Of a stretch of DNA of 64,000 bases, positions 24,170-35,829 are shown in pieces (positions within the stretch are counted from its first letter, which is position 1; each line of letters begins with the position of its first letter). This DNA comes from Dicyema japonicum (Eukaryota; Animalia; Dicyemida), in contig RDEW01000035.1 of assembly GCA_011109175.1 (NCBI GenBank), positions 510,902 to 574,901 on the forward strand, read 5' to 3'. The notes beneath the pieces are model-generated. The model saw only the letters and a list, made by a program, of their open reading frames with translations. It was not told where the DNA came from and did no database searches. Made by a program: the position numbers and the translations under genes.

Positions 24170-26390
24170 ATTATGTCCTTATCATGCTTAGATTCAAACT
24201 CCTTGTTCACCATCGCCACATACAACACTCGAAGCCTCTCATCCACATTTTATAAGAAAACGATCGAATGACCTCTGGCACAAATATTTGGACGATAAGG
24301 CGACTGAAATTGAAACTGTCAGTATGGAAGACGAATGTAGGCGAGGATAGCTGTAAAACATGGTTCAAGCGAAACCCTTTTAGGGCTACGCGAAGGAGCT
24401 TTTAACTAATTAATTGACTAATTAACCGAAAACAGAAACAAGATATAAGCGTGGATATTTAAACCCAGGTTGGGAACCACTGCATTACTGTAGATTATAA
24501 CGATGACAGCTGACTTCGTCGAATTTCCCCTGGATCTAAGAGAGGATCACATCTCCACTTTTGTGATTATCGTTGCCCTGTTTTCTTCCTTAGGAGCCAC
24601 CCTAGAAAGGAGACTATTTAGTCACTCCCCCGCTTCACTCATGATATTTCAGAGTGCAGACTAATTTGGTTTTCTGAATCCTCTCCAATTGTCAGTATTC
24701 AAAAGGAGCAATATCTTCATTCCAAAGGATGATAATCTCGCTCACTGACGACGAGTTCTAGCTTCGACCTCAGCTTCCTAGACAATATCTTCTAGATCAC
24801 AGTGTTTGGATGAGGGTTCTATGGAACGCATCAGGATCACGGGAATAGTTAGTTTGATTTACCCTTAGTCTTTGGAATAGTTTAATTTCATTCATATCTT
24901 CTCTGACCGAGTTATCACTTTTCTTGAAAATTTAATTATGGTTTTATGCATATTACCAATCATGTACATCTTCAAGAAAGTTCAGAGGGATCAAATGAGT
25001 TAGTTAAGTAGCCCGACCTCACTAACTTCTAGGAGACAAGCGGCTATTAAGTAGGATGCAGCAAATGCCGGTCGCTCTCATAGATCAGTGAGTCCTGGCA
25101 TTGTAGACGAACAGTTTACTAATTCAGGAGATTCAAAAAGGTGGTTTGCTGTCAACTTGGAGAGGTTGCAGAAGGAACAGAGGACATCTTTTACATCATC
25201 CAGTTTACATATGTAAGTTTGTAGATTGGAGTGGTGCCCACATCGTAGACGGGCCAGGTTTACCCTGATGTCCCTAGGAAGAAAGGATTTCGATTGGGGG
25301 AGGGGGCTGGCGTAGTATTTTATTATCATCTAGTCTTCGGATGGTTCTCGTAGGAACATAATCGTGTATCTGTTTCAATCGACCCCAGTCATTGGTGCTG
25401 GAAGTGATGGATGATGGCATTCGAGGCAGGTCACTGGTTGTCATAATCAAAGGAGACGAAAGAAAAGTAAGACGAGAAGATCAAATAGTAAAGATCTTTG
25501 ATTTACCGTAGGATTTACTTCAATATAAACATATTTATTATTTGTTTAATGACTGATTTTTTTCAGGAGACTGGAATTCCAAAGCAGGAATTAGTGGTGA
25601 AAACTAGATCGGTTGACCGATATTTATTGGAGTCAAAATGGTTTTAGACGGGAGAGATCAACCGCTGATATCGTTTGGATTCATCGTTGGCTTACGGCTA
25701 TGTGCCAAAGACACAGAAAAATGATGTTCTCAAGGACATTATTGACGAACACTGCTTAAGGATTATACGATTTTTGCTCGCAGATACTTGACTGAGGGTG
25801 AAGGTAGGTGTTATTCGGAAACGTCCACAAAAAATATTGGTACTCCTTAGAATAACTTTCTTTCCCCAGTTCTCTTTGCAAATTATTTTGAAGCTATTTT
25901 GAGGGATGTTCGGAAAGTAATCTATGCGGACGATATAGATTTATGTCCGACGACGGAGTTACTTAATTCAGTTGTGACAAAGCCACAGACATTTGGGAGG
26001 TCATTAAAAATTAACATGAAAAAATTGAGCTGACATTGATTAAACAGATGCCTACGCAGGTTGATGGAAAAGGAAGATTCATAGTAAAAAAACTTGGTTC
26101 GCTTCTAGGAGACGCTAAGGATATTGTTAGCAGGAAAATGCTGGGATCTTGAACCTCATTTTGGTAGGTTTTTTTTTCAATCTAAATGTAACTGAGGCTT
26201 TCGTGGAGAGAACTACGTTTCCTCTCTGTCTGGGACAAGATTATGGAAATTGAAAACAGCGGACGACATTGATGAACTGCGGAAGCGAGCGTGAAAGAAA
26301 GTTGTATGGTGAAAACTGGTAGAACGGATAGTGAAGAGCATGGCACAAGTGGAACCCTGATTATTCATATGCTTATGGGTAACGTGGAAG
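24170..26390 (+). mobile_element. Decayed RTE-like LINE pieces with a nested opposite-strand LINE fragment
   Basis: TIATYNTRSL (APE start) near 24215. RT remnants including YADDI near 25920. The 3' end resembles 48491-48600. Confidence 0.55.
24950..25420 (-). mobile_element. C-terminal zinc-knuckle region of Ingi/Vingi-like LINE
   Basis: LPRDIRVNLARLRCGHH...CSFC...TANHLF. Confidence 0.75.
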
Positions 26391-27779
26391 AGATTTAACT
26401 TAACTGATTATATTTTCAAATCAAATATTTATTCCAAAAGTACCGTTAAACCGAAAAAAACAAACTAAGTGATTCAATCCAGGCTCTCAGCTTGGCTCGA
26501 TACTCCTCCCTCGATCCTACACAAGCTCGTTGGGGACGGATTTCTCATGATCACGTTAGATCAGGTCTCCTTCGTTATTCCATCGATTAAGATCTCCAAG
26601 GGTGTCAGCATCATGTTCTTTTCGTTTGTAGACCACTTTCTATCACTCCAAAAACCGCGATTTTCTGTGCATTAGTCCAAGAGATGTAAGGTCCCCGTGA
26701 AGCACATGTATAGGAAATGCACGGTTCAATGTTTAGTTCGGGGTGGTTTACGATTTTCCATAGTCCCCGTTAGGCTATTTAACATGCAGCAATAAACAGA
26801 TCACAGCCCACTCCCAGAATTTCAGCCATTTCTTAAATGGCAATGTTCTCTCACTCACTTCAAATTTAATTCACTTGCTTGATATTTTATTTTCCGAAGT
26901 TAATAGGGATGTGACGATTTCTTAAGGCTGATTGTCAGTCGGTATTCGTTCAACCTCACAAGCAAACAATTCAAGCATTCCAAGTAAGATTCTTCCTGGG
27001 AATAAAGTCGAAGACACACATCTACTGAACGGTCTTCTGATAACTGGTTTTGTTGAAGAAGCCAGAGTGAATGAAGTTGCTCAAGGAGATTAGATGACTG
27101 GTGGTTGATCAGTCTTTTTTTAATCCATACTCGAACTGTCAGGAATAAAGTCCATGATTTTCAAAAGAACGCGCTTCTCCAAAATTTGGGACATTGAGCA
27201 TAGAAGAGAACTGTTCTGAATCAAGTCGGGTCCTTTTTTTAGTTTTCGTCTTCAATATAGGCTGAATGTTCGCCAGTTTCTACAACGGTGGAATCGAATT
27301 GTGATTTATGAACAAATTATAGACTTTAGTCAGTATAGCAATTCTCTTGTTACCAAGATTTTTCAGAAGTATGATGGAAATCCCATCAGACCTATGTGAA
27401 TATGTTAACTGGTCTGACTCAGGATTTCTTTTACTTCTTTTTCAGAAAAGTAGGATGACAATGGATCCCTTTTCGGTTTTTTTAATAAGTGAAGTGCGTC
27501 CGACCTTTCTATAGTCCGTGCGAGTTGCCAAGACATTTAGGTTTTTGGTTGTTGTTGTCTTGGGATGGCCTTTCATTTGCCCTCGAAATTTTACGAATTA
27601 TTTTCCAGACTTTGACTGTCGACTGATCGCGGTTTATGAATTTTGAAATAAGTTCATAATTTTATAATTTTCCCTTTAATTCATAATTTTCCCTTTAATT
27701 CTGTTCACGCTCAGTTGAGTAACAGAGATCACATCCATCTGTTTGCGTCGGTGAAACAGGTGTCCGAGAAGCAAAAATT

Positions 27780-27900
27780 TTTAACCAAGTATAATTGTTC
27801 TCCCGATGGAAGAGAAATAGTGGTCCTTTTTCGCGATGCATTGAGTTCACCCTGAGCGCCTCAAGAGCTTTCAAAACTGGTAGACCACATGACGCCACGT
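27780..27900 (-). repeat. Divergent copy of the structured 5' motif family
   Basis: The reverse complement gtggcgtcatgtggtctacc...cgcgaaaaaggacca shows the P2 pair tggtc/ggacca. Confidence 0.65.
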
Positions 27901-27967
27901 TTATTTTGAAGTCGCGAATTGGCCACTATTCCGGAAGGGTTATTATTAAAAAGGATTATTTGTTTGG

Positions 27968-28282
27968 TTAATAATAATAAAGCCTTTTCACGAGAGCCAT
28001 AGTATTTATAGCTCCGCATAGGCAGGACACACACTTTATTTAAGTAAAGAACAGTTAATTTTAACTAATCGTAGAACCAAGGAATGATCTTCATTTTTTT
28101 TTCTTGTGTGAGTGTCCTTTCTAGACAATCCAGTTCCGCAGTGAGTATCCACTGATGACGACGTCACTCGTTAAACCCTTTCTGCATCGTAGATGCGTGG
28201 AACCTTCCACCAGGTGAACAGAAGCGAGATTCGAACCCGTAGCCTAAGCCACTTAAGCCCGACACCTAACCACTATGCCACC
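27968..28282 (-). mobile_element. tRNA-derived SINE, full length
   Basis: Minus strand starts ggtggcatagtggttagg (A box) and has gggttcgaatc (B box). Ends in a (TTA)n tail. TSD ttgtttgg at 27960-27967 and 28284-28291. Confidence 0.85.
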
Positions 28283-28406
28283 CTTGTTTGGCTGAATAAC
28301 AATTTAATTATTATTTACTCAACAATTATTTAACTTTATTTAAATAAATAAAAATAAATAATAAAATAATAAATAAATTAGTTCACTAAATTTGCATTTC
28401 ACGAAA

Positions 28407-28874
28407 ATGAGTTATAAAAATGAAATTCAGAAAACTTCAAATTCATTAACAAAGTTCAAACCAAAGTCCCGTATTTACAAAATAAAGCCTCTGACGACTT
28501 CCATTTATGGATTCACTCTTTCAAAAAAAGATTCGACTTCCCAAAATAGGGTAGTAAACCTGCTTGCGGACTATCCTGCAAGTATGTCGGGAATGATGGA
28601 GAATGACATTCTCATTATGGTAAACGACATCAATGTTGAACAAATGGATCATTCCGATATTGTTGATCTCATTAAGAACTCCTCCCCTGATGTGACTCTT
28701 TTGGTGGTTGACGAAAAATCCTATCAATATTTTATCAATAAGGGAATACGTATTTCCAATTACAACAACGAAATCGAGACTTCTAACCTTAACAGTTAAT
28801 TTTGAATAATTTCAGGTTCACTCGATAATTATTCTGGAAATTGCCAACACGAGGTCAAAGGTTTATCTATTTGA
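28407..28874 (+). CDS. Small single-PDZ protein, NHERF-like
   Basis: YGFTL...PASMSGMMENDILIMVNDINVEQMDHSDIVDLIK...VTLLVVD..SYQYF is a NHERF-type PDZ. A putative 21-nt intron at 28795-28815 gives the C-terminus ...EVKGLSI. Confidence 0.75.
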
Positions 28875-29100
28875 GGATTTTAGAATCATCCAAGGAGAGC
28901 TCTCAGGAAAAGAAGGAAAAAGGTTCGCTAATTTGAGGATTTAAGAATCGTCCATTGAGGATTCTGAGATAGACATGTCCAAGGGTTCGATTATTATTGA
29001 TTTTAAGTAAATTTGAAGGTGGATTCTGTAATTAAAAAAAACAAGGGTTTATTTATTAGAGGATTTCAGGGTCACCCACTAAGATTACAAAGGAGGTCAA
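28857..29100. repeat. Degenerate tandem repeat, about 62-nt period, 4 units
   Basis: Units start at about 28857, 28919, 28981 and 29043 (aaaggtttatctatttgaggattttagaatc and variants). Confidence 0.55.
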
Positions 29101-29619
29101 CTTCGTAGATTTAACGACAAAGACAGGTACTGCTGAGTAATATCTTAGACATAAATGACAAATCTCTACAGAACTCTGTTGGACATAATATCCCCGATGA
29201 TATTGTCGCATACAAGAATAGTTTGATTTTGAGAAACAATTGTCTCAGATATCGAAGATCAGAAAGTCTACGCGAAAATGTGTCAAAATTGTCGAAACTC
29301 TAATCCTGAACTTTAACTATTCTTTTACCTGTTTGGTTAAAATATGTCATTAATATGATTTTATTAAATCTCACATTTTTTGGATTCTACTAAAATGCCT
29401 GAGGACTTTTCATTTTTAATCTTTTTTCAAGTCTTTGAGGTTCCCCCAGAAGGGAAGCAGTCAAATTAATGTAGACTTTTAAGACATCTTTCAAGATCAC
29501 ACAACCTTACTGTGGTTTTGGGACTTATCTGGACTTGGGGTGGAATAAATGCAACAAGTGAGCATAAAAAAGTAAGCACTCCCGCGTTGCCATAAGCACG
29601 TAAAATGCCTAGGGTTTCG

Positions 29620-29700
29620 CTCGTGCAGATCACACACTTTATTTAAGTGAAGAACAGTTATTTTAACTAATTGTAGACCAAGGAATGCTCTTCACGTGTT
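29620..29700 (-). repeat. Internal fragment of the tRNA-SINE family
   Basis: cacacactttatttaagtgaagaacagttattttaactaattgtagaccaaggaatgctcttcac. Confidence 0.75.
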
Positions 29701-30204
29701 TGTTTTCTTTTTCTTGGGTGTACAAGAGAGCATGCTCGGCTATAGGACATTGAACTATAGTGACATTGACCTCGTTTACAAAGGGATGATTACTAGAACA
29801 CTGATTTTACTTTACTGATTGGTTGATTCAAAGATTTGGGGGACTTAGAAGTGGTCAATAGTATCAACAAACTAACTATAGTCACAGTCAACCCAGATAA
29901 CCCCCTCCATGTTCATTGATCTTTATCCAAACGTTCGTGTATTTGCTCACATCTGATGTCTCCCAACTATGTCAATTCGTTCTCATTAAGAAAAATACTA
30001 CCACGACACATTATGAACAGTATTAAGAGAAGGACTACACTCTACCCCCTGTTTCTTCAGGTGAAGAAAACTAACAGAGACGTACTGGGAAAGCACACGC
30101 TCTTAGAAAAGAATCAATGTGATAAAGAAGGCTAACCTGGATGAGATGACTTGTCTTGTGGTCGTCAAGGATGCATAGAAGGTACAACGACGATCCACCA
30201 ATTT

Positions 30205-30480
30205 ATTCATTTACCCCCGGTCCCTTCAACTGAAGAACACAGGTGGCTAACAGGAAAGTAACTTGCAAAAGCAACCGCTCCAAAGATCCATTAGGTGTAT
30301 CTGATGTAGCCCACGTGTCCACAATTTGCTTATTGAAGTATCAAAATCCAAAATGGTGAGAAATTTATTGAAAGTCGTCAATTGGGATTCAATCGCCATG
30401 CAACCGTGCATGGAGGTGGTTCTCTTGGCGCTTTGGAAACGCCATTGTCCACGGCAATGGTCATGGCCGCTTGGCAACTA
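30205..30480 (-). mobile_element. LINE 3' end fragment
   Basis: atttacccccggtcccttcaactgaag end shared with 10939 and 14793. Confidence 0.65.
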
Positions 30481-31231
30481 AAACCTGATTTACTTATTAA
30501 CCTGATTTACTTATTGATTACCAACTTGAGATTCCACATTTACTTAAGTGGAATGTAGCTTTGAAAGAACAGGATTTATCGAACATCACAAACACGTGTT
30601 GTTCTGTGAGAATATTTAAGTTTAATTAAATTCCCGTTCCAAAATGATTTCACAAATTGTCTTTCTTGCTTGCTTTTTGAGCCCAATTTTAGGAAGTGGG
30701 GATATTATAAGAAATCTTGGTGCATTTATTACTAACGTTTAAGCTCAAGTAGAGGTGGACGAAGAGGGGGACCCAAGAACAGCAGGTAATATTAAATCTC
30801 GAGTATCCTAGATTCTTCACAAGACAGTAATGCTTCCAAAAGATCAAGTTGTAGTGATGATTCAGTCTAGTCACTGCGGAACCTGAATATATAGAAGCAG
30901 AGGAAATTGACATTAGTCTTGAAAATAACTAATACCTCAGTTTAATTTACGCTTCAAACTAACACGTGGTTCTAATTTAAATTTAAAATACTGTTATTTT
31001 ACTTATTAGGGCACCGGTTCTTATTGCATGGCTTTTCCTTCTCGGGACTGCAAGGGAAATCCGCTTGAATAGCCAGCCGTTCACGGGGGTCCCTAAGCTG
31101 GTGATCGGATTGATTTAGTATGGCGTGGAAATTAACGACAGGCCAAGATAAGAGGTGATCCGTCTTTTGGTTATTGATGAGCCAAGAAGGAGGAACTCAG
31201 TGACGGATATGATTTTGTAAAGTCGTATTCT

Positions 31232-32122
31232 CAGGCATGTCAAACTCAAATAGCTTCAGGGGCCGCATAAGATAATTTGAGTACACAAGCGGGCCACACT
31301 ACAAAGCTTAAAAACACCGTAATCTTATTGAAGTGTATTAATAATTTGCAAGCCTACCACAACGGATATATCACTCTGTTTTTTCGTTTTTTTCATGAAA
31401 ATCGTATATCTAAATGTATTAGCAGTTTCCACTTTGATCAGGAATGACATGTGTTCTCATCAGTCAATCTTCTCTGAGAAGATTTTGTTGACTTCACGAA
31501 GGAAACCAACTGTTCACACATTCTGGATCCAACTTTCATTTTTTATTTCATTTTTGTTTTTGCCTTTCATCTTAAAAATAAAGCGGTTTCTGGAAATACA
31601 AAAGGACTGTTGTGTAGAATGGAACATCCGTGAACAAATTATCCATGTCTTCTAGCAGCTGACTGAATTGCCGATGGCCTTTGATAAAGTTCACTGTTTT
31701 GTGACCATACGGATTCAATTTAAAGTCTGCACTGGAATCAGTTTAATCAGCTCTTCATAAATATTAAATTCACTGTCACAGGCCCTGATGAAACCCCAAG
31801 CTGTGCTATTCCAGTGATGCCAGTCAATCAATAGAAAAATGTTCAAATTTAGATGATGCATCCTCAACTGTTGTTTCAAGTCATCCACCGTTTCATCAAT
31901 CCGTACAGCAACAGCGTTCCTGGTTAATGTCCTTAAATAACTGCGCTTTCTGCGGGCACACAATATCAGCCGTTATTACCATGCAATGAGCTCATAACCA
32001 CGGCCTGTCAATTTGAAAAAATCCACTGCTTTTCTCTGGTGGTCTTATTTTAATGACGCGGTCCACCCAATGTCGTCGACTATATAACAATCCTTTGTGT
32101 GGGCCGAGTGTTTACACACCTG
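31232..32122 (-). mobile_element. Internally deleted hAT transposon (GTF2IRD2/Buster-like transposase remnant)
   Basis: TIR caggcatgtcaaac at 31232 and gtttacacacctg at about 32110-32122. Peptide LTRNAVAVRIDE...FIRACDSEFNIYEELIKLIP. TSDs do not match. Confidence 0.75.
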
Positions 32123-32530
32123 CTATAGAGATCTCGCCATTTTAAATAAATCTCGCTGTAGTCAGAACAAATTAAAGCTTTTTTCGCAACAACCCAAGAC
32201 CACGGTAAAACCAAACTAATTATCACGAGATCCCGATGCATTCCAGCAGCGAACTCATCTTTAAAAGGTGTTCTTCCCTCGTGCCTTCGCATCAACGTAT
32301 TAGTTAACTGATTTTACGTATTCCCATAATCTGTAGTCTAGTCTCATAAGGACCTCCAGAGGCGTCTGTCCGATTCGGTGATCTCCACAAATCCAACTCT
32401 CCGTTACTATGAAAATCTTTTTTTTCATTTCCTCGATCCACTCCACCCCATTATTATTAACCCCAGGCTTACCATCGTAAGCCCAGCGAAAACAGTCATA
32501 ACTAACTACTCCACCCATTCAATGCGTTTA

Positions 32531-32938
32531 CAGGGTTTTCCTATTTATTTAATAACTTTGTCATAAAATTTACTAACTTTGGCAAATAATTTAATAATTT
32601 TGTCAAAATTTTTAATTCGTCATAAAATACTTAATAATTTCAAAATGTTTAATAACTTTGTCAAAGGTCAAATTAAAAACCAATTTTTTTAATTAATTGA
32701 AAAAAACAACTGTAAAATAAAATTCCTCATTGGTCAATGCTTTAACAAATAGCTCCGGATGTGACTATACAAATTATTGCACACATCTAATTGCACAGGA
32801 AATTAATAATCTAATTAATATAAATAATGATTCCAAAAATATAAATAATAATTCCATAAATATTTGACAAAGTATTAAATTATTTGCCAAAGTTAGTAAA
32901 TTTTCTGACAAAGTTATTAAATAAATAGGAAAACCCTG
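32531..32938. mobile_element. MITE with long terminal inverted repeats and TA target duplication
   Basis: cagggttttcctatttatttaataactttgtca...aaatttactaactttggcaaataattt is near-perfectly inverted at about 32875-32938. TA at 32529-32530 and 32939-32940. Confidence 0.9.
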
Positions 32939-33080
32939 TAATAATAATTTATGTTTAAAATAAATTTAATATTTTTTTAAATTTAAATATTTTTAAAGTT
33001 GGTTCACGTTATCTTTGGTAGCGTCTACTGATTGCACGTGTGGAAGGCATAATTTTCATAAGTTTTATTGTATACAGAAA

Positions 33081-34575
33081 ATGAGCGATAACTATGCCAA
33101 CAAGGTAATACTGGCCCCTATGGTGAGGGGCAACTCACTGCCAATGAGGTTACTCTGTTTGAACTACGGAGCTGACTTGGTTTATTCAGAAGTAAGAGTT
33201 ATTTTAATTCAGGAAATTGTGGATGCTGCGTTTGTACGGACAACCAAAGTGGAGAACATCCAGTTGAACACCACTGACTTTGTGATTGGGTCCTCAGTCA
33301 TTTTTAGGACAACCTCTGCTGAAAAAGAGCGCCTTATTTTCAATTGGTGATCTTTTTCATTATCAAAGGAACCGCCAACCCAGAATCTGCCCTCCAGGCC
33401 GCTCTCAAAATGTGAGATCTTCTATTTGCAGACAACCACGTGGCTGGGATCGACGTCAATATGGGCTGTCCTAAGGATTTCTCCGTTAAAACAGGGGATG
33501 GGTGCTGCTCTACTCTACAAGCCAGAGCTCGTTAAAGATGTAGTATTTTTTATGAATTGAGATCCTCACCACCTTGGTTAACAACGTCAAGGTCCCCGTT
33601 ACTTGCAAGATCAGAGTCCTCCCCGAGGTGAGGTTAAATGACAACTCAGGAAGGAATCTCAGAAAAACTTGTTGAGTTGATCCAATCCACGGAGTAGCAG
33701 CTATAGCGGTTCATGGAAGGTTCCCTAAGGACGAAAGGACAGGACCATGTCGCTGTGAATTTATCGCTTCCCTAAAGAAGAACCTAAAGATCCCTTTGAT
33801 TGCCAAGTAGCTGTTCATGTCACTTCAGTGGTGGTTCAGGGTCATTGATTAAGGAGTGGGGGGATATCGAGACTTTCCGAACCATGTGTGGGGCAGATTC
33901 GGTGATGATTGCACGTGCAGCTCTATGGAATCCCTCTATTTTCAGGTCTGAGGGATTCGTACCAGTCTCGAGGTCGCGAAGGATTTCCTGAGACTGGTAT
34001 TGATGGATTATTATGCAGGCGGTTGACTACTCGCTGTCATTTCAGAGGACGAAGTACTCTCTGTGCAACTTAGTGAATCACAAAGTGTCTCCACATGTTG
34101 AGATGGGTAGGAAACTCATTCTGGCATTAACATTCCGTGAAATTTGGTGTTTTCCGGTGATATGATAGTGTGGTGTTTGGATCGAGGACTACTATGACAA
34201 AGTGGAGATCGAACGAGGAGCTGACTCCTCCGCAATAACTCAGCCGGTCCAAAGAGGATGAGGGGTTACGAGCTGTTGGTTTTGCTGACAAAGTGATGTT
34301 GTATAATTGCAGGCGGGAGATGAGATCAGGTGTAACGTCAAAGAGTTTACTGTTCAGCGAATCAAATGCAAAGAGGATCCCCCGCCTGTTTAAATACAGT
34401 ACATTTGATATGACTTTTAGGTGTGCAAGGATGGGAGATTCCGTAGTGTGGTGACGTTTGATGGAAGATGTACGCGTCTGCTAATTGGTTGTGCTTTGTC
34501 GTTATGCTAGGTAAGAATAAACGATTGCTGAGCAGTCATCAGCACGGTTTGTCTTGAGGTCAGGAAGATGAGTGA
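33081..34575 (+). CDS. DUS2: tRNA-dihydrouridine(20) synthase DUS2 with C-terminal dsRBD (several apparent frameshifts)
   Basis: NKVILAPMVR...LPMRLLCLNYGADLVYSEEIVD, GIDVNMGCPK, VPVTCKIRV, AIAVHG, VMIARAALWNPSIF. Tiny introns. Indels near 33338, 33495 and 33690. Confidence 0.9.
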
Positions 34576-34880
34576 TGTTGATTTTTTATATTAACTGATA
34601 TTATTGTATTTGTCAAGTAGAACATTATTTGTTATTAAGTGCAAGGAGAGACTTTATTTTAGATTTGCTTTAAATGTTGTCAAAACAAGCGATGAAGTTT
34701 CATTGTCAATTGGAGTACTTAGATGAATCGTTTCTCCTATAAAATAATAAATCTTTGTCCATAAAGATATATTCATGGACGTCAAAACGGAGTGATACTT
34801 CCTCCATGCAAAAGGTTGATGCATAAGTGGATTGAACTATTCAGGCGAACCTCAATTCCAAGCCATATACAATGCTGACT

Positions 34881-35371
34881 AATAACAGCCTTTTCACGAG
34901 AACCATAATATCTATAGCTCCGCATAGGTAGGACACACACTTTATTTAAATAAAGAACAGTTAATTTTAACTAATTGTAGAACCAAGGAATGATCTTCAC
35001 TTCTTTTTCTAGTGTGTGGGTCCTTTTTAAAACTATCCAGTTCCGCAGTGAATATCCACTGATGACTGCGTCACTCGNGCAGAGCCATATTAGCGATAGC
35101 TCCACTCAGGCAGAACACACACTTTATTTAAATAAAGAACAGTTATTTTAACTAATTGTAGAGAGAACCAAGGAATTCTCTCACTTCTTTTTCTTGTGTG
35201 TGGGTCCTTTTTAAACTATCCAGTTCCGCAGTGAATATCCACTGATTACTGCGTCACTCGTCAAGCCCTTTTAGCATTGTTGATGCGTGGAACTTTCCAC
35301 CAGGTGAACAGCAGCGAGAATCGAACCCGTAACCTAAGCCACTTTGCCCGACACCTAACCACTATGCCACC
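34881..35371 (-). mobile_element. tRNA-derived SINE, apparent tandem dimer joined at an N (35078)
   Basis: Same family as 27968-28282. One TSD, aatgctgact, at 34871-34880 and 35372-35381, brackets both units. Confidence 0.85.
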
Positions 35372-35497
35372 AATGCTGACTGATAGCTTAAATAATGTCA
35401 TTTTCTTAAAATGTGCCTTTAAAGTATTGTCAACAGGCCTGAAAGCACTTTAACGTATCAAAACCACAAAGGAAAAATCACAAACTTAAAACAATCA

Positions 35498-35746
35498 TCA
35501 ATTTGAGTTTTTGTTAACCAAATCGAGGGTGAAATAAGCAAAGTCGCTAAAAGTAGGGTTTTTCAAATAATCTTCCACAGTTTGGAGAACACTTTCCCCA
35601 GGACAATCGTCTATCTTACGCAGAATGTCCACCAAATGACTGTCCTTCAGCATTTCCTGAATTTCTTTGGACTCCTCTACATTATAAATCAATATCTTAC
35701 TCAACACTTCAAGCTTCTGGGATGAAAACTCATAATCTTTAGTCAT
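35498..35746 (-). CDS. ZNHIT3/Hit1-like C-terminal domain protein, no zf-HIT seen
   Basis: After removing the 24-nt intron at 35677-35700: LEVLKESKEIQEMLKDSHLVDILRKIDD...YLKNPTFSDFAYFTLDLV, resembling ZNHIT3 L.ES..LRSLL.NPHL..L...D...M.EP.F.EFAD..L.IV. Confidence 0.6.
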   Translation of the reverse strand: MTKDYEFSSQKLEVLSKILIYNVEESKEIQEMLKDSHLVDILRKIDDCPGESVLQTVEDYLKNPTFSDFAYFTLDLVNKNSN

Positions 35747-35829
35747 AAAAATCTAAAAATATATATTTTTAATGTTAAATGTTGATTATGTCAGCAAATT
35801 GGTAAAATATTACAGATACTAAGCAACAT

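Noticed and set aside
27695-27898. ORF with KGPLFLFHR resembling Sm/Lsm proteins
   Set aside because: The DNA aligns with the dispersed structured-motif repeat family (gtggcgtcatgtgg...aaaaaggacca), and no Sm fold motifs follow.
28150-28180. Hammerhead ribozyme core (ctgatga)
   Set aside because: No stem II followed by GAAA in the right place, the motif is not conserved in the 35240 copy (ctgatta), and it lies antisense to the SINE.
28215-28282. Functional tRNA gene (also 35305-35371 and 41375-41440)
   Set aside because: A/B boxes are present but the acceptor and anticodon stems do not close, and the sequence continues into a shared SINE body with tail and TSD.
28857-29100. CRISPR-like spaced repeats
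   Set aside because: The units are degenerate, the intervening parts are also similar to each other, the context is eukaryotic and there are no cas genes. It is a decayed tandem repeat.
33081-34575. DUS2 as a definite pseudogene or programmed frameshift gene
   Set aside because: The indels cluster in homopolymers, similar ones occur in other genes, and a scaffold N is nearby, so assembly error is the simpler explanation.
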